Assembly: GCF_009914755.1 (NCBI RefSeq)
Contig: NC_060940.1
Origin: the human T2T-CHM13v2.0 reference genome, Homo sapiens
DNA length: 64,000 bases
Strand: one strand, 5' to 3'
Under the pieces are notes generated by a model, which was not told the DNA's origin, ran no database searches, and was given only the letters and a program-made list of their open reading frames with translations. Both the position numbers and the translations under genes were made by a program. This document shows, in pieces, positions 19,950-40,014 of the stretch (its first letter is position 1; every line of letters starts with the position of its first letter).

Positions 19950-20174
19950 CCATTTGAGGCAAGATAATTTATTGATCCACTCAACTGAATTTATATTGTT
20001 TAATTTTTTTTTCTGTTTGACTATTTCAAGCAGATAGGCAGAAACTTGCTTCAGGAGGAGTTGATGTTGGAAAGCACAAAGCTGAAGTTGCCTGAAAAAT
20101 GCTTTTCCCCCTGGACTTTGTAAAAAGCCCCTTGATGAGGTTGCACCAAGTGTAGCAAGAAGAAAGTACCAGGC

Positions 20175-22083
<1,909 letters not shown>

Positions 22084-22840
22084 AAGTTAAAGGGAAGCCA
22101 GATTATACTTACCTACTCTTTCATTCATTCATTCACTCATTCATTTATTCATCCATTCACCATTTGTTTTCTGTTCATTTACTTATTTAATAAAAAATGT
22201 GTTTTGCATATCCTAAAAAAAAAAAAGTTTCCTCCAGACTGGGGACAGGAGGGAAGTCAGTGGGTCCAGGGCCTCAGCCTCTGATTCCTGAGGTCGTTAA
22301 GCCTCAAGGAGGAAGGGCGATGAGGTGCACCCAGGGTGCTGGGGCACTAGGCAGGAGCGTCATCAAAGCCAACAAAGTCCCCTAGCTACACACATGGCAC
22401 CTAAAGGGGACCATATGGGCTGGGACAGAGACCAGTGGTGTGAAAACCTGAGCAGCCCACCCGATGTGTGTGCATTCTGGGAAGCCACAAGCTTGGAACC
22501 ACGGGGAATAAGGAATGCTCCAGCAAGCAGAGCAAATTTCCCCCCAGCAAGCAAGGCAGGGGCTCAGGGGCTCAGCAGCATCAGAATCAGATCAAGTTCT
22601 CAGATCAATTAAAAGAAAATCAAGGAAATGGTGTTTTTGCACACATGAAGTTAAGTACGGCATGATGAGTCCAACCTCTTGTGTTATAGACGTGGGGGTT
22701 ATTTCTTACCCAAGGTTCCATGCAGGGCAAGTCGGAGGGAGTGTCAGGCCTGGAACCATGCTCCCCTGATGCTCCACACTGGCTCAAGGAAGCTCATGAA
22801 CAGGACAAGCATTTTTTAAAGGAAGGAAGGAGGAAAAATA

Positions 22841-23296
22841 TGTGGTAGGCAGAACAAAGCACCCTCCCCCCACCGCCAGTAGCCATGTCCTGATCCTAAA
22901 ACCTGTGACTCTTCTACCTTCTATAGCAAAAGAGACTTCGCAGCAATTCAATCAAGGGTTTTGCGATGGAGAGATTATCCTGGATTATCTGGGTGAGCCC
23001 TATGTAAACACAGTGGTCCTTATGTGAGAAAGAGGGTGGCAGGAGCATCAGAGAAGTCAAAGTGATGGGAAGGGGATCCTGAGCCAAGGAATGGAGGTAG
23101 CCTCTAGAAGCTGGGAATGGCAAGGAGAAAAATTCTCCCCTAGAACCTCCAGAATGGAACAAGTTCCTGCAGACACCTTGGCTGTTTTAGTCCAGTGAGA
23201 GTTCCCACCTACAGTACTGTAAGACAATAAATTTGTTTAGTTATAAGCCAGGAAGTTGGTGAGCGTTTGTTACAGCAGCAAGAGAAACCTGATACA
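22841..23296 (+). mobile_element. MLT1 (MLT1D-like) solo LTR
   Basis: TGTGGTAGGCAGAA...AATAAATTTG...TTGTTACAGCAGCAA...ATACA. Confidence 0.88.
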
Positions 23297-23479
23297 GAAG
23301 GGAAGAGAAGGGGAGGGGAAGAAATATGGGAGGGGAGGAAAATGAGGAAGAGGAATAGTCAATCACCTCTCTCTGGGGTTCAGCAAATATGAGCCTCTCC
23401 AAGGTGAGGATTGCACATTCCTAGCCCCCAGCCTGGAGCCTGTGCTCAGTTCATAGTAACCATTGGGTCCTTTGAATCG

Positions 23480-23710
23480 AGTGTTAGCAAACATCTACAC
23501 AGCCCTCCTGACTTTACCATATACTGTCCTAAGGGCTTTAATTACATTAACCAGTTTAGTCCTCACAACAATACTATGAGGTAGGTGCTATTATTATTCC
23601 TATGTTGCCGGTGAGGAAACTGAGGCAGTGAGATTCTCAGAAGCTTGTCTGAGATTTTGCAGTTATTAGGTGGCAAAGCCATGTTCAAACCCAAGCAATT
23701 TGTATAATGT
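23480..23710 (-). mobile_element. MIR
   Basis: GGTGAGGAAACTGAGGC core. Confidence 0.85.
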
Positions 23711-24950
23711 ATTGCTGTAACCTCTGAACCAAGAACAGAAGAAGGAAATGAGGGAAAGGGGGAAAGGACAAAGTATTTTTTCCTCCAGTGTTTCCCAGTG
23801 TCTGCCTGGTTTCAAGGGAAGTCTCCATACTGGTCCTGATTCATCCAACAGGGCATGGAGTACACAGGGTAGACCTCTTAATTCCAAGGTCTCTACCACC
23901 ACACCAGCCAGCATAGGCTGCTTCGTCCAGCTGCTTGCCAGAGACCAAAGAGACCCCAGCACCCAGCACTAATGAGCATGTAGAAATGAATGGGTCACAT
24001 ATAAACCAATTACAGCTGGCAGCCAAGTTTGGGGAAATCACTTTCCCTGGAACCAATTGGGAGCCCGTTTTGGAGATAAAAGGGATAGCACGTTAGTCTC
24101 TGGTCAGAAGCAGCTTTCATGCATTTCACGGAGCAAAGGGAATCTGAAATGTTTTGAAATGGGAAAATGGGGTACAGCCAAATTGCTCAGTCAAGGCATT
24201 TAAAGGGTCTTTAGTGTGACAGTCCATGCAGGACCTAGTAGCTTATTCAAGCACACGGGTAGAAACTAACATCTGTCTGTCTAGAACGTATGTGTGTTAT
24301 CTTTCCTGCATGCTTCCACATGTATTTAATACTTTCATCATTAAAACATCCCATCATGTACCTATGGAAGTGAGGGGTATGGAAAACCTGAACTACTAAA
24401 ATTTCCAAATAAACTGAAATCTCATTATTTGCAATTAGTTAAATATCTCCTTTTCCAAGTAAGCCTTTTAACCAGCATCCATTTCAGGAAGTTAAATACT
24501 AGGATCTTGGGAAAAAGTCTGTCACAAATCACGGAATCAGAAAATCCTATACTTGGAAGAAGTTTAGAGGTCACTGAATCTAACCTAAAGGTATAGCTAG
24601 ACTAAAGTGTTTTGGGGAAGCTTCAGGGAAAATCTGGTTCAGGACAAAATTTGGGGGTTTTTTGTCTAGGAACACAATGCCTGCAAGAAGTGGTCAAATG
24701 GCCTCCACTGGAATGCAACCAGTAACAGGGAGCTCACTACTAAAGATGATTTAATTCAATTCTGTGTTTCTCTAACCCAAAGAAGAAAAAAAAGGCCTGT
24801 CTTATATTAGACCCACTTCTACCACCTTGAATATCTCTAATGAAGTCCTGACTCCATGAAGACTGATTGGCTTTGAGAGGTTGTCTCCAAGATGTGCCTT
24901 TAGTGACTCAGCAGACTCAAGGACAGCAGTGCAGCCATCAAAACACACAG

Positions 24951-25110
24951 GCGGCAACGCACAGTGGTTTGTGCCTATAGTCCCTGCTGCTTGGGAGATT
25001 GAGACGGGGGATCACTGGAGCCCAGGAGTTCAAGGCTACAGTGAGCTATGATTGTGCCTCTTCTACACTCCAACCCGGGTAATAGAGCAAAACCCCATCT
25101 CTAAAAATTA
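24951..25110 (+). mobile_element. Alu monomer (FAM/FRAM-like)
   Basis: Single arm plus A-tail. Confidence 0.8.
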
Positions 25111-25693
25111 AAATTTTAAAAAGAATACACAGAGACACATGCATACTCACTCACATAATCTAGTTACTGGCCTGACATCTCTGCAAACAACCAGCTCCAT
25201 TGTAATATCAAAAGAAGAGAAAGAGATGAAAAAAAGGAGAAAGAATAGAAAGAGGAGGGAAGAGAAGAAAGTGGGAAAGGAAGAAAAAGAAGAGTGAGGA
25301 GGAAGAAGAAAAAAAGAAAAAGGAGAAGGAGAAGGAAAAAGAGGTGGAATGGTGAGATGCAGTTTCATGGAACTGTGTGGGCTCTAGCTGTTTTGCCCTC
25401 TAGAAGGGGAAAGTTGTGTCTCAAAGTGCTGTCACTGTCCATAGACATTCAACTGAATACCTTTCAATCTTTTTTAAAAAAATCATTGTAGAAGGGTAAA
25501 TGTTGGAAATATTTACAATATACTGCCAAGTGAAAGGAGGCTACAAAATATGTAGGACATGATTTCATTTCTCATGATGTTATTCCTATCTATAGACAAA
25601 ATAGTATTTATCAATAAAGGTAGATTCATCTATATGTGTAGTGGCTGTCTCTGGGTGTATAACACAAAGATCTGAGTTATACACACAGACACA

Positions 25694-26344
25694 CAATCAT
25701 GCCCCACACAAGGACATTTCAGTCAACAACAGACTGCATATGCAATGGTGATCCCCTAAGATTTTTTTTTTTTTTACTGTACCTTTTCTTTTATTTATTT
25801 TTTTTAATTATTGAGATGGAGTCTTGCTCTGTCACCCAGGCTGAAGTGCAGTGGCATGATCTCGGCTCACTGCCAAACTCTGCCACCTGGGTTCAAGCAA
25901 TTCTCGTGCCTCAGCCTCCCGAGTAGCTGGGATTACAGGCGCTCGCCACCATGCTTGGCTAACTTTTTTGTATTTTTAGTACAGACGGGATTTCGCCATG
26001 CTGGCCAGGTTGTTCTCAGACTCCTGACCTCAGGTGATTCGCCCACCTCAGCCTCCCAAAGTGCTAGGATTACAGGTGTGAGCCACCGCACCTGGTCTAC
26101 TGTACCTTTTCCATGCTTAGATACACAAATACTATTGTGTTACAATTGCCGACAGTATTCAGTACAATAACATGCTGTACAGTTTGTAGCCTAGGAGCAA
26201 TAGACTATACCACATAGCCTAGGTATATAGTGGGCTCTACCATCTAGGTTTGTGTAAGTGCACTCTGTGATGTTCACACAATGATGAACTCACCTAATCA
26301 CATTTCTCAGAATGTATCCCCATCATTAAGCAACATGGGACTGT
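25694..26344. mobile_element. Tigger3a-like TcMar DNA transposon containing an AluS (25789-26096, minus)
   Basis: CAATCATG...CATGGGACTG termini; Alu TSD TACTGTACCTTTTC. Confidence 0.85.
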
Positions 26345-26450
26345 ATAAGCATGTGTGTGTTTAGTATTACGGTTCTTTGTTTTCCATATTTTCTGCATTG
26401 ATTAGTATTACTTTTATAAACAACTTTTTTAAAACTAATTTAAAAATTGA

Positions 26451-26676
26451 GGCTGGGTACAGTAGCTCAGGCCTATAATCCCCAAAGAAAAAAAGAAAAA
26501 GGAGAAGGAGAAGGAAAAAGAGCTGGAATGGTGATGCAGTTTCATGGAACTGTGTGGGCTCCAGCTGTTTTGCCCTCTAGAAGGGGGCTTTGAGAGGCCT
26601 AGGCAGGAGGATCACTTGAAGCCAGGAGTTCAAAAACAGCCTGAGCAACACAGTGAGACCACAACTCCACACACAC

Positions 26677-26707
<31 letters not shown>

Positions 26708-26889
26708 AATTTTAATTGGCCAGTTTTAGTGGCATGCACCCATAGTTCTTGCTACTCAGGAGGCTGAGGTGGGAGGATTTCTTGAGCCCTCTTTTGAGGT
26801 TTCAATGAGCTATCATTGTACGACTGCACTCCAACTTGAGCGACAGAGGGAGACCCTATCTCTAAATAAAATACAATAACAATAAAAAA
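26451..26889 (+). mobile_element. AluJ interrupted by a 102-bp templated insertion; (CA)n in the linker
   Basis: Alu left arm split at TAATCCC|..|CTTTG. Confidence 0.88.
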
Positions 26890-27106
26890 GTATACTTAAT
26901 ACCTATCCAGTCTTGAGATTAAAACATTCTACACTTCCAGTCTATTTTCTAAGATTCTTTTGAAATGGAAAAGTGGAGTATGGATGGTTGGTGTCATTTC
27001 TAGATAACTGTAGGATTTTAATGGTGCAAAAAGACCTCATGATGATCTAATTTCTCTCTTTCATTAGAAACACTGGGAAATTGAGTCCCAAAAAGATAAA
27101 GAACTG

Positions 27107-27402
<296 letters not shown>

Positions 27403-28218
27403 GATAAATAACTTTAACCAAACTCACACAGCTACAGTGACTGGTGAGTCTCCCTGTGAAGGCTGTAAGTACACAAAGCCAAAATAATTCTTCCAAGAAA
27501 TTTGTCAAAAATTGAAATAATTAGGTATGTAGAAGAGATCGTCAGAGCACATCTTCCAGCTAGAGATAATGCCTAAAGTTTACAAATCTGCATGCATCAT
27601 TTGAACAAGAAAGCCAAAGCTGTGATGACCACATCTAAGCCCTCAGACCAGTGGTTGGTGTCATGGGATTTAGCCCCGGCCTGTTGAAAAGAGGCCATCT
27701 CACTGTAGCTAACATTGAAGCACCCCCCATGACATCCATGTTGTTAGACTGCTCAGCAGCCCCTTAGTGATGTAAGAACTTTTTGTAGGCAGCCAACAAC
27801 AGGGATAGATCCAATATAATCACTACCCTCCAGAAACTACCCTGAAGTTTGCCCCTTGAGCATCAAAGGAGAGACATCAAAGACAGGGGCTCCTAGCATG
27901 CTGACTTCCCCTAAAAAGCTGCAAGCCAAATCTACAGCACATGTATACACAGGTGAAACTGATTCATTTCAAAAATTGCTTTCTGATCAACAGCAACAAT
28001 AAAACCATAGTGATAGCATGCCAGAACTGGAAAGGATCTTGAAAACCATCCAGCCCAAGTCTCCTGTTTTACAGATAAGGAAATTAAGGGTCTTTCAGTT
28101 CTTAGAGTACATGTTCCTAACCCTGCTCAATCCTGTCCCCACAGAAGGATCAAAATCTGCTCTCTTCCTAGGCTATAAATGCCAAAAGACAGGGCCCATG
28201 TCTCTGTTGTTTGTCATA

Positions 28219-28285
28219 ATGGATGGATGGATGGATGGATGGATGGATGGATGGATGGATGGATGGATGGATGGGTGGGTGGATG
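28219..28285. repeat. (GGAT)n microsatellite
   Basis: Tandem GGAT. Confidence 0.95.
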
Positions 28286-28399
28286 AATGGGCTTTCCCAA
28301 GATTACAGAGCATGTTAACATCACAGCTCAGACTAGAATTCAAACCCTCTAATTACCATCCCGGTTATTCCCAATATTTCATAGTTTAACTTCATTTAT

Positions 28400-28810
28400 G
28401 CTCAGGAACAGTGTGAAAAATATTGATAATTCCCTGTATCAACATATTGGCTTAAAAGAACTATTGGCTATTTCCAAAAATGAAATCTACCCTTAAAGGA
28501 TAAAGATTTGCCACTCACTGGATTTTCAAAAGAAATATACATTTATGCATTCATTTGACAGATACTTTCTGAGCACCTATTATATGCCAAGTTCTGTGCT
28601 AGGCACTTGCTACATTTTGTTGGGATATTAGGATTATACATGATGTTATTTTCATTTTTCTGTTTTCTAAACATTCAGTAATATAATATATTGCACTTCT
28701 AAATGAAAAATCTTCGAAAGAGCACTTCGTATGCTCTGGAATTTTAATCTTTTTGGAATAATAACAATATCTTGGGAGTATTAAGACTTCCAAGTAACTA
28801 CTTTGGAAGG
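28400..28810 (+). mobile_element. Ancient mariner-like (MARNA-type) relic split by an L2 stub
   Basis: TATTGGCTATTTCCAAAAATGAAATCTACCCTTAAAGGATAAAGATTT translates YWLFPKMKSTLKG*RF, like the mariner transposase C-terminus. Confidence 0.6.
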
Positions 28811-29298
28811 TAAAATTTATATTGATCTGTAAATACTGGTTTGAGTATAGAAAATGGGTCTCATTATTTTAAACATATTTGCAATGTTTTGAGTGCAGAG
28901 TGCAGCAGCAAAACCCGTTTCTTGCACTTGAAACCAGCCCTTCCTCACTCCACAGAAAGTGCCTCTATCACAAGGTGCCTGCTTGAAGCCAGCACAGAAG
29001 TGTTAGTGAGCATCACCAGGACAGCAACTGTTGCCACTGGGGGGCCCCAAGCCATGGACAGAGTCATTCTTGTTCACAGAGATTCTGATAGCAGGAAAGA
29101 GCGTTCTTCAGTCAATGACTTGAGTAATAGATGAATAAATGTATAAATGAACAAGTGAATTTCAAGAAAATCAAAAGTGATTGAAGGATGCCAGACAGGT
29201 CTCCTAACCCAATGAACTCCCCTAATCTCCTAAAAAATAATCTCTCCTTGAAACTCTTCCTTGGCACCTGACATTCCACCATTATAGCCTCGTTACTT

Positions 29299-29515
29299 TA
29301 GGGATTAGCAAACTACAGCCCACGGGCCAAATTCATCCCAATTTCTGCTTTGCAAATAAAGTTTTATCAAAACATAGCCACACCATTTATTTATTGTTTA
29401 TGTCTATGGCTGTTTTCATGTTAAAAAGCAGAGTTGAGTACTCATGCCAGAGATCCTGTGGCCTACAAAGCTGAAAATATTTTCAGCTTTACCAAAAAAG
29501 TTTGCCAATCCCCTG
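29299..29515. mobile_element. MER58A-like hAT-Charlie MITE
   Basis: AGGGATTAGCAAACT...AGTTTGCCAATCCCCTG TIRs. Confidence 0.88.
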
Positions 29516-29522
29516 CTTTATG

Positions 29523-29760
29523 TTTTTCCTTTTTTTTCCAGCTCCATTGAGGTATAATTGACAAATAAAAATTGTCTGTATTTAAAGTGTTTAGTGTAGA
29601 GTTTTGATATATGTATACTTTTTATATTGATTAGCACAATCAAACTAATTACCATATTTATCACCTCACATAGTTATCGTGTGTGTGTGTATGTGTGTGT
29701 ATGGAATACTTAAGATCTACCCTCTTTGCAAATTTTGAGTATACAATACATTATTATACT
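29523..29760 (-). mobile_element. L1M (L1MA/MB-type) 3' end
   Basis: TTGAGGTATAATTGACAAATAAAAATTG...CACCTCACATAGTTA. Confidence 0.85.
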
Positions 29761-29761
29761 G

Positions 29762-30759
29762 TGAGCTTTTGCACAGCAAAAGGAACAGTCAGCAGAGTAA
29801 ACAGACAACCCACAGAGTGGGAGAAAATCCTCACAATCTATACATCTGACAGACTAATATCCAAAATCTACAATGAACTCAAAGAAATCAGTGAGAAAAA
29901 AACAAGCAATCCCATCAAAAAGTGGGCTAAAGACATGAATAGACAATTCTCAAAAGAAGATATTCAAATTGCCAACAAACATGAAAAAATGCTCAACATC
30001 ACTAATGATCGGGGAAATGCAAATCAAAACTACAATGTAATACCACCTTACTCCTGCAAGAATGACTGTAATCAAAAAATCAAAAAACAGTAGACATTGG
30101 CGTGGATGTTGTGATCAGGGAACACTTCTACACTGCTGGTGGGAATGTAAACTGGAAGAGCCACTATGAAAAACAGTGTGGAGATTCCTTAAAGGACTAG
30201 AAGTATAACTACCATTTGATCCAGGAATCCCACCATTGGGTATCTACCCAGAGGAAAAGAAGTCATTATATGGAAAAGATATTGCACACACATGTTTATA
30301 GCAGCACAATTCACCATTGCAAAATTGTGGAACCAACCCAAATGCCCATCAATCAACGAGTGAATAAAGAAACTGTGGTATATTTATACGATGGAATACT
30401 ACTCAACCATAAAAAAGAATGAATTAATGCATTCACAGCAACCTGGATGAGATTGGAGACTATTATTCAAAGTGAGGTAACTTAGGAATGGAAAACCAAA
30501 CATCGTATGTTCTCATTGATATGTGAGAGCTAAGCTCTGAGGACACAAAGGCATAAGAATGATACAATGGAAATGGACTTTGAGGACTTGGGGGAAGAGT
30601 GAGAGGGGGACAAGGGATAAAAGGCTACAAATATGGTGCAGTGTATACTGCTTGGGTGATATGTGCACGAAAATCTCACAAATCACCACTAAAGAATGTA
30701 CTCATGTAACCCAACACCACCTGTACCTCAATAACTTGTGGAAAAATTATATATACATA

Positions 30760-30760
<1 letters not shown>
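29762..30760 (+). mobile_element. 5'-truncated L1 (L1PB/L1MA-type)
   Basis: [25 protein letters not shown]2 remnant and 3'UTR. Confidence 0.92.
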
Positions 30761-34975
<4,215 letters not shown>

Positions 34976-35099
34976 TTACTGTAAAGAAAAAACTTGAGGA
35001 TGCCACAGGCCAGGGAGAACATCGCAGGGAAGAAAACGAGCACAGAAAGAAAAAACTGGGAGCGTGGTACATATACTTCATCTACTTTGCAGTCCTGCT

Positions 35100-36260
35100 T
35101 GACCTTTGATTAAAATGGAGATGAGACTAACGACTAAGAACCGTCAAGTTTTGAATAGTGAGAGTGTCAGACTTCAAAATCAAACCCAAACAGCTTTCTT
35201 TTCAATTAAAAGAAAACTCAATATTCTAATTTTTCTTCCACCTAACAGGTCCTCTGCTTGCGCACACATCACTTCGCTTTCCTTTCTCTGTGGTCTGAAG
35301 AGTTAGAGAAATTGTTTTAGATTCCATCCATCCCAAGTTATGCACTTCTGATTTTTTTTTCTCAACTGACCTCATTTAGCAGGGTGGAAGGCAGCTTTTC
35401 CTAGTCTATTAAGACTTCAATAAAATCATCCATTTCTAGTTAACTGGAATAGTATTCACATTTAGACCTGCATATTAATTGGCTGATAACGAGATGATAA
35501 AGCTGCTTTTCTCTGCAGGTGTACCAATCAATTTCAATGAAACAGAAAAAATGAGTTCTTTTCTTGTTGCATCTGAAATTAAAAAGTGATTTATATTTTC
35601 TAATAAAGTGGTTTTCATTGATCTCCTTCTGAAAATGTATGGTTTCATTTGCACCCTTTTAAATTATAATAGTTTCCGTTTGTAAAAGAATGATTTTCCA
35701 ATATCATTTCTGGCTTCCAATTGATGATTAACTTTAATATGGATTTGAAGGGAAATGTTTGGAGGGAGGTGTAGGGTATTAAGAACCTCCATCTCCCCCA
35801 GACCAAAAAAGCCTGCTACTTTTAATGAACTTAATATCCTCAAACTACAGAATTATTTTCCTAAATACAGTGTTTCGCCAAAGAAAGTTATGTTTTTCCC
35901 CCAAGAAATCTATTTCTCTATTTCACAAGTTTCCTTTCGTCATAGAATTTTATGCCTGTGCCAATTGTTTTCCATTTTTGTTGTGTCAGCCTGGCTGCAG
36001 GGCAAATGTGGAAAGGAGAGTTTTGTTTCTTTCTTCCCCCGTCACCAACAGCAAATTCTTACTTGGAGATGCTCAAAGAATCCTGTTGTTATCAGCTGAA
36101 TTCTGACAGTGTGAAAACTGGCAGAGCAGTTACATTTCACTTTAATTTAATATTATGGTCTTCTAAGCCATAATAATTAAGCAGCCATGAAAGGAAGCTA
36201 TATTTGGAACATGTGATGGAAAATTGCAGAGTCCAGGGCTGCTGAGGGATCTGGGTCATC
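35100..36260. promoter_or_regulatory. Candidate conserved non-coding element / enhancer
   Basis: ~1.1 kb with no repeat I recognise; clustered TAATT, GATAA, ATCAAT and TGACAG motifs. Function is inferred. Confidence 0.4.
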
Positions 36261-36426
36261 TCATTTCTCGGCCACCTAGAGGCATCTGGATTCACAGTCA
36301 GGCTGCAAACAGGTGTTGAGTGGAGTTAAGAGACGATGCGGGCATTAGACCTAATTTAAAACAGATACCAGAGGCTTTGTCTGTTTAACCACATAGGAGA
36401 AGAATGTTGGCTGATAAATGAAATCA

Positions 36427-36512
36427 TGGATGGATGGATGGATGGATGGATGGATGGATGGATGGAGATGGATGGATGAATGAATGAACAAATGAATGGA
36501 TGGATGGATGAA
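36427..36512. repeat. (GGAT)n/(GAAT)n microsatellite
   Basis: Tandem tetramers. Confidence 0.93.
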
Positions 36513-36896
36513 TTTATGGAAAGGCAATTTGCAGCTCTGATGTAAAGCGCACCTTTGTGATATGATCTGAGTGCCCCCTACACTCAAAAATATTTCCCTC
36601 CCTCTAAGTCTCACAGTCATGAATATTTCCTAGTAGTCCCAGGTGTTTTTGCCTGGATTAAATATTCCCTTCTTATAAATTATTTTTTAATGTACTTTGA
36701 AGAGGCAAGACTTGGATGGGCAACATTTCAGTGGACTTGTTCATCACCTTCCTCCCCATGTATCAAGATATTGTGGACTACAAAATGACAAGGGGCTTGA
36801 AAGCAGAGCCAGAAACATGGCAAAAGGTTAGAAAAAGTGCTGTGGGGGTGGCTAGTGATGAAGAAAACCCCCTCAGCCCTGCAGAGCATCCTGAGG

Positions 36897-37711
36897 TTTT
36901 TTTAAATTTTGTTATTTCTAATTTTTGTGGGTACATAATAGGTGTATATATTTACAAGGTACATAAGATATTGTGATACAGGCATTTAATGCATAATAAT
37001 CACATCATGGTAAATTGGGTGTCCCCTCAAGCATTTATCCCTTGCATTACAAACAATCCAATTATACGCTTTTAGTTATTTTTAAATGTACAATTAAATT
37101 ATCACTGACTATAATATTTTATAATTTATTATTGACTATAATAGTCACCCTGTTGTGCTATCAAATGCTAGATCTTACTCTAACTGTTTTTTGCATCCAT
37201 TAACCATCCCCACTTCCCCACTACCACCCCTCTGGAAACCTTCTCAGCCTCTGGTAACCATCCTTCTACTCTCTATCTCCATGAGTTTAATTGTTTTAAT
37301 TTTTAGCTTCCACAAATAAGTGAGAACATGCAAAGTTTGTCTTTCTGTGCTTGGCTTATTTCACTTAACATAATGACCTCCAATTTCATCCATGTTGTTA
37401 CAAATGACAGGCTCTCATTCCTTTCATGGCTGCATAGTACTCCATTGTGTATATGTACCACATTTTCTTTATCCATTCATCTGTTCATGGGCATTTAGGT
37501 TGTTTCCAACTCTTAGCTCTTGTGAACAGTGCTGGAACGAACATGGGAGTACAGATACCTCTTCAATATATTGATTTTCTTTCTTTTGGGAATATGCCCA
37601 GCAGTGGGATTGCTGGATTGTATGTTGGCTCTATTTGTTTTTTTTGAGGAAACTCCAAACTGTTTTCCATAGTGGTTGTAATAATTTACATTTCCACCAA
37701 CAGTGTACGAG
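36897..37711 (-). mobile_element. L1MA-type 3' fragment
   Basis: Reverse L1 3'UTR and ORF2 end. Confidence 0.9.
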
Positions 37712-37871
37712 GTCAGAGGGCCCAGTTTTTAGTTACAGTCCCAGATATAGTACTTTTCAGATCACTAGACCAGCTCATTTTCGCTCCTCTAAACTTACAA
37801 AAAATAATTTTCAAGACCAGCCAGTGCTGAGGATTGATGATTTCCCTCTCAGCTTGAAAACTAAAATGAGG

Positions 37872-38169
37872 GGCTGGGCATGGTGATGCACACCTGTAAT
37901 CCCAGCATTTCGGGAGGCCAATGCAGGAAGATCACTTGAGGCCAGGAGCTCAAGACCAGACTTGGCAACATGGTGAAACCCTGTCTCTACTAAAAAACAT
38001 CAAAAATTAGCTAGGCATGGTGGTGCATGCCTGTAGTCCTAGCTACTCAGGAGGCTGAGGCAGGAGGATCACTTAAGCCTTGGAAGTCAAAGCTGCAGTG
38101 AGCTGAAATCACATCACTGCACTCCAAAGTGGGCAACAGAGCAAGACCCTGTCTCAAAAAAAAGAAAAA
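37872..38169 (+). mobile_element. AluJ
   Basis: Alu dimer. Confidence 0.9.
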
Positions 38170-38209
38170 TCATGACAAAAATTAAAAATAAATATAAAAT
38201 TAAAACAAT

Positions 38210-38440
38210 AGGTGCTCAAAAAATTGAGCACCTATTGTGTGCCATGCACTTTCCACACATTATCTAAGTTAGTCTTCAACATAATCCCACTTCTATGCCC
38301 ATTTTATAGTGGAGGACACTTTGACTTGAGGGAGACAATTTGTTTTCCCAGGGATACACAGAAAGTAAGGGACAGAGCCAGGATTCGGACCCAAATATAC
38401 ATGACTCTTCAAAGTCCACGCTACAAACTCCACTCCACCT
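38210..38440 (-). mobile_element. MIR
   Basis: TTGAGCACCTATTGTGTGCC...CCCATTTTATAG...CAGAGCCAGGATTC. Confidence 0.8.
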
Positions 38441-38822
38441 CCTACTCTGTGCTACTATTAAAAATAAACACTTTTGGGAAATTCCACAAGGCAAATAAGG
38501 CAATTTTTCAGAAAATAAATTGCAAGGGAAAGGGAGGAACTTTTAAGTTAAAGAGACTTAAAAGACCTATCAATCAAATGCAATATATGTACTTTGCTTG
38601 AATTCTGATTCAAAGAGGTGAATTTGCTTTTTTAAAAGAAAAAGGAGAGATGACTCAATCAGAGAAATTTAATCAGACATTTGATGATGTTAAGTAATTA
38701 TTGCTAATATTTTTGGTTGATAGTAATACTCTTCTTGTTTTCTTAAACAGAAGAGTCATATTGAAGCTTTCGTGATTGAAGTAACATGATATCTAAGATT
38801 GGCTTCAGAAGGATCCAGTGAA

Positions 38823-39323
<501 letters not shown>

Positions 39324-39554
39324 TTAAGTGATGCATGACTGAAAATAAATACATAAAAATAAAGAACACAGAATCCAGTGGGGAGGGGAGGCATGGATAT
39401 AACATGATTGGATTGTTTATATAATTGCTAAAGCTGGGTATTGAATACTAGGAGGTTCATTTACTAGTCTCAACTTTTATATAAATTTGAAAGTTCCTAA
39501 AATAGAAAATATATTTTAAAAGCAAAACAAAAAAAGTGAATGGAAAACTGACAC

Positions 39555-39848
39555 TTTTTTTTTTTTTGAGACAGTCTCACTCTGTCACCCAGGCTGGAGT
39601 GCAGTGGTGTAATCTTGACTCACTGCAGTCTTGAACTCCCAGGCTCAAGAGATCCTCCTGCCATAGCCCCCTGAATAGCTGCTACCACAGGCACACACCA
39701 CCATGCCCGGCTAATTTTTTTAGTTTTTTGTAGAAACAGGGTCTCACTATGTTGTCAAGGCTAGTCTTGAACTCTCGGCCTCAAGAGGTCCTCCTGCCTC
39801 AGCTTCCCAAAGTGCTAGGATTACAGGTCTGAGCCTCTGTGCCCAGCC
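39555..39848 (-). mobile_element. AluJ
   Basis: Alu dimer. Confidence 0.9.
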
Positions 39849-40014
39849 ACATGACTCCATTTTAAAAAGCAATTGATGCATGCACAACTCTAAATGCACT
39901 AAAAACCACTGAACACTTTAAAAGAATGAACATTATAGTATGTGAATTACATCTCAGTCAAGTTTTTTAAATAATCTAAACAAAAGACACTAAAGTATAT
40001 TAAAATACAGCCAA

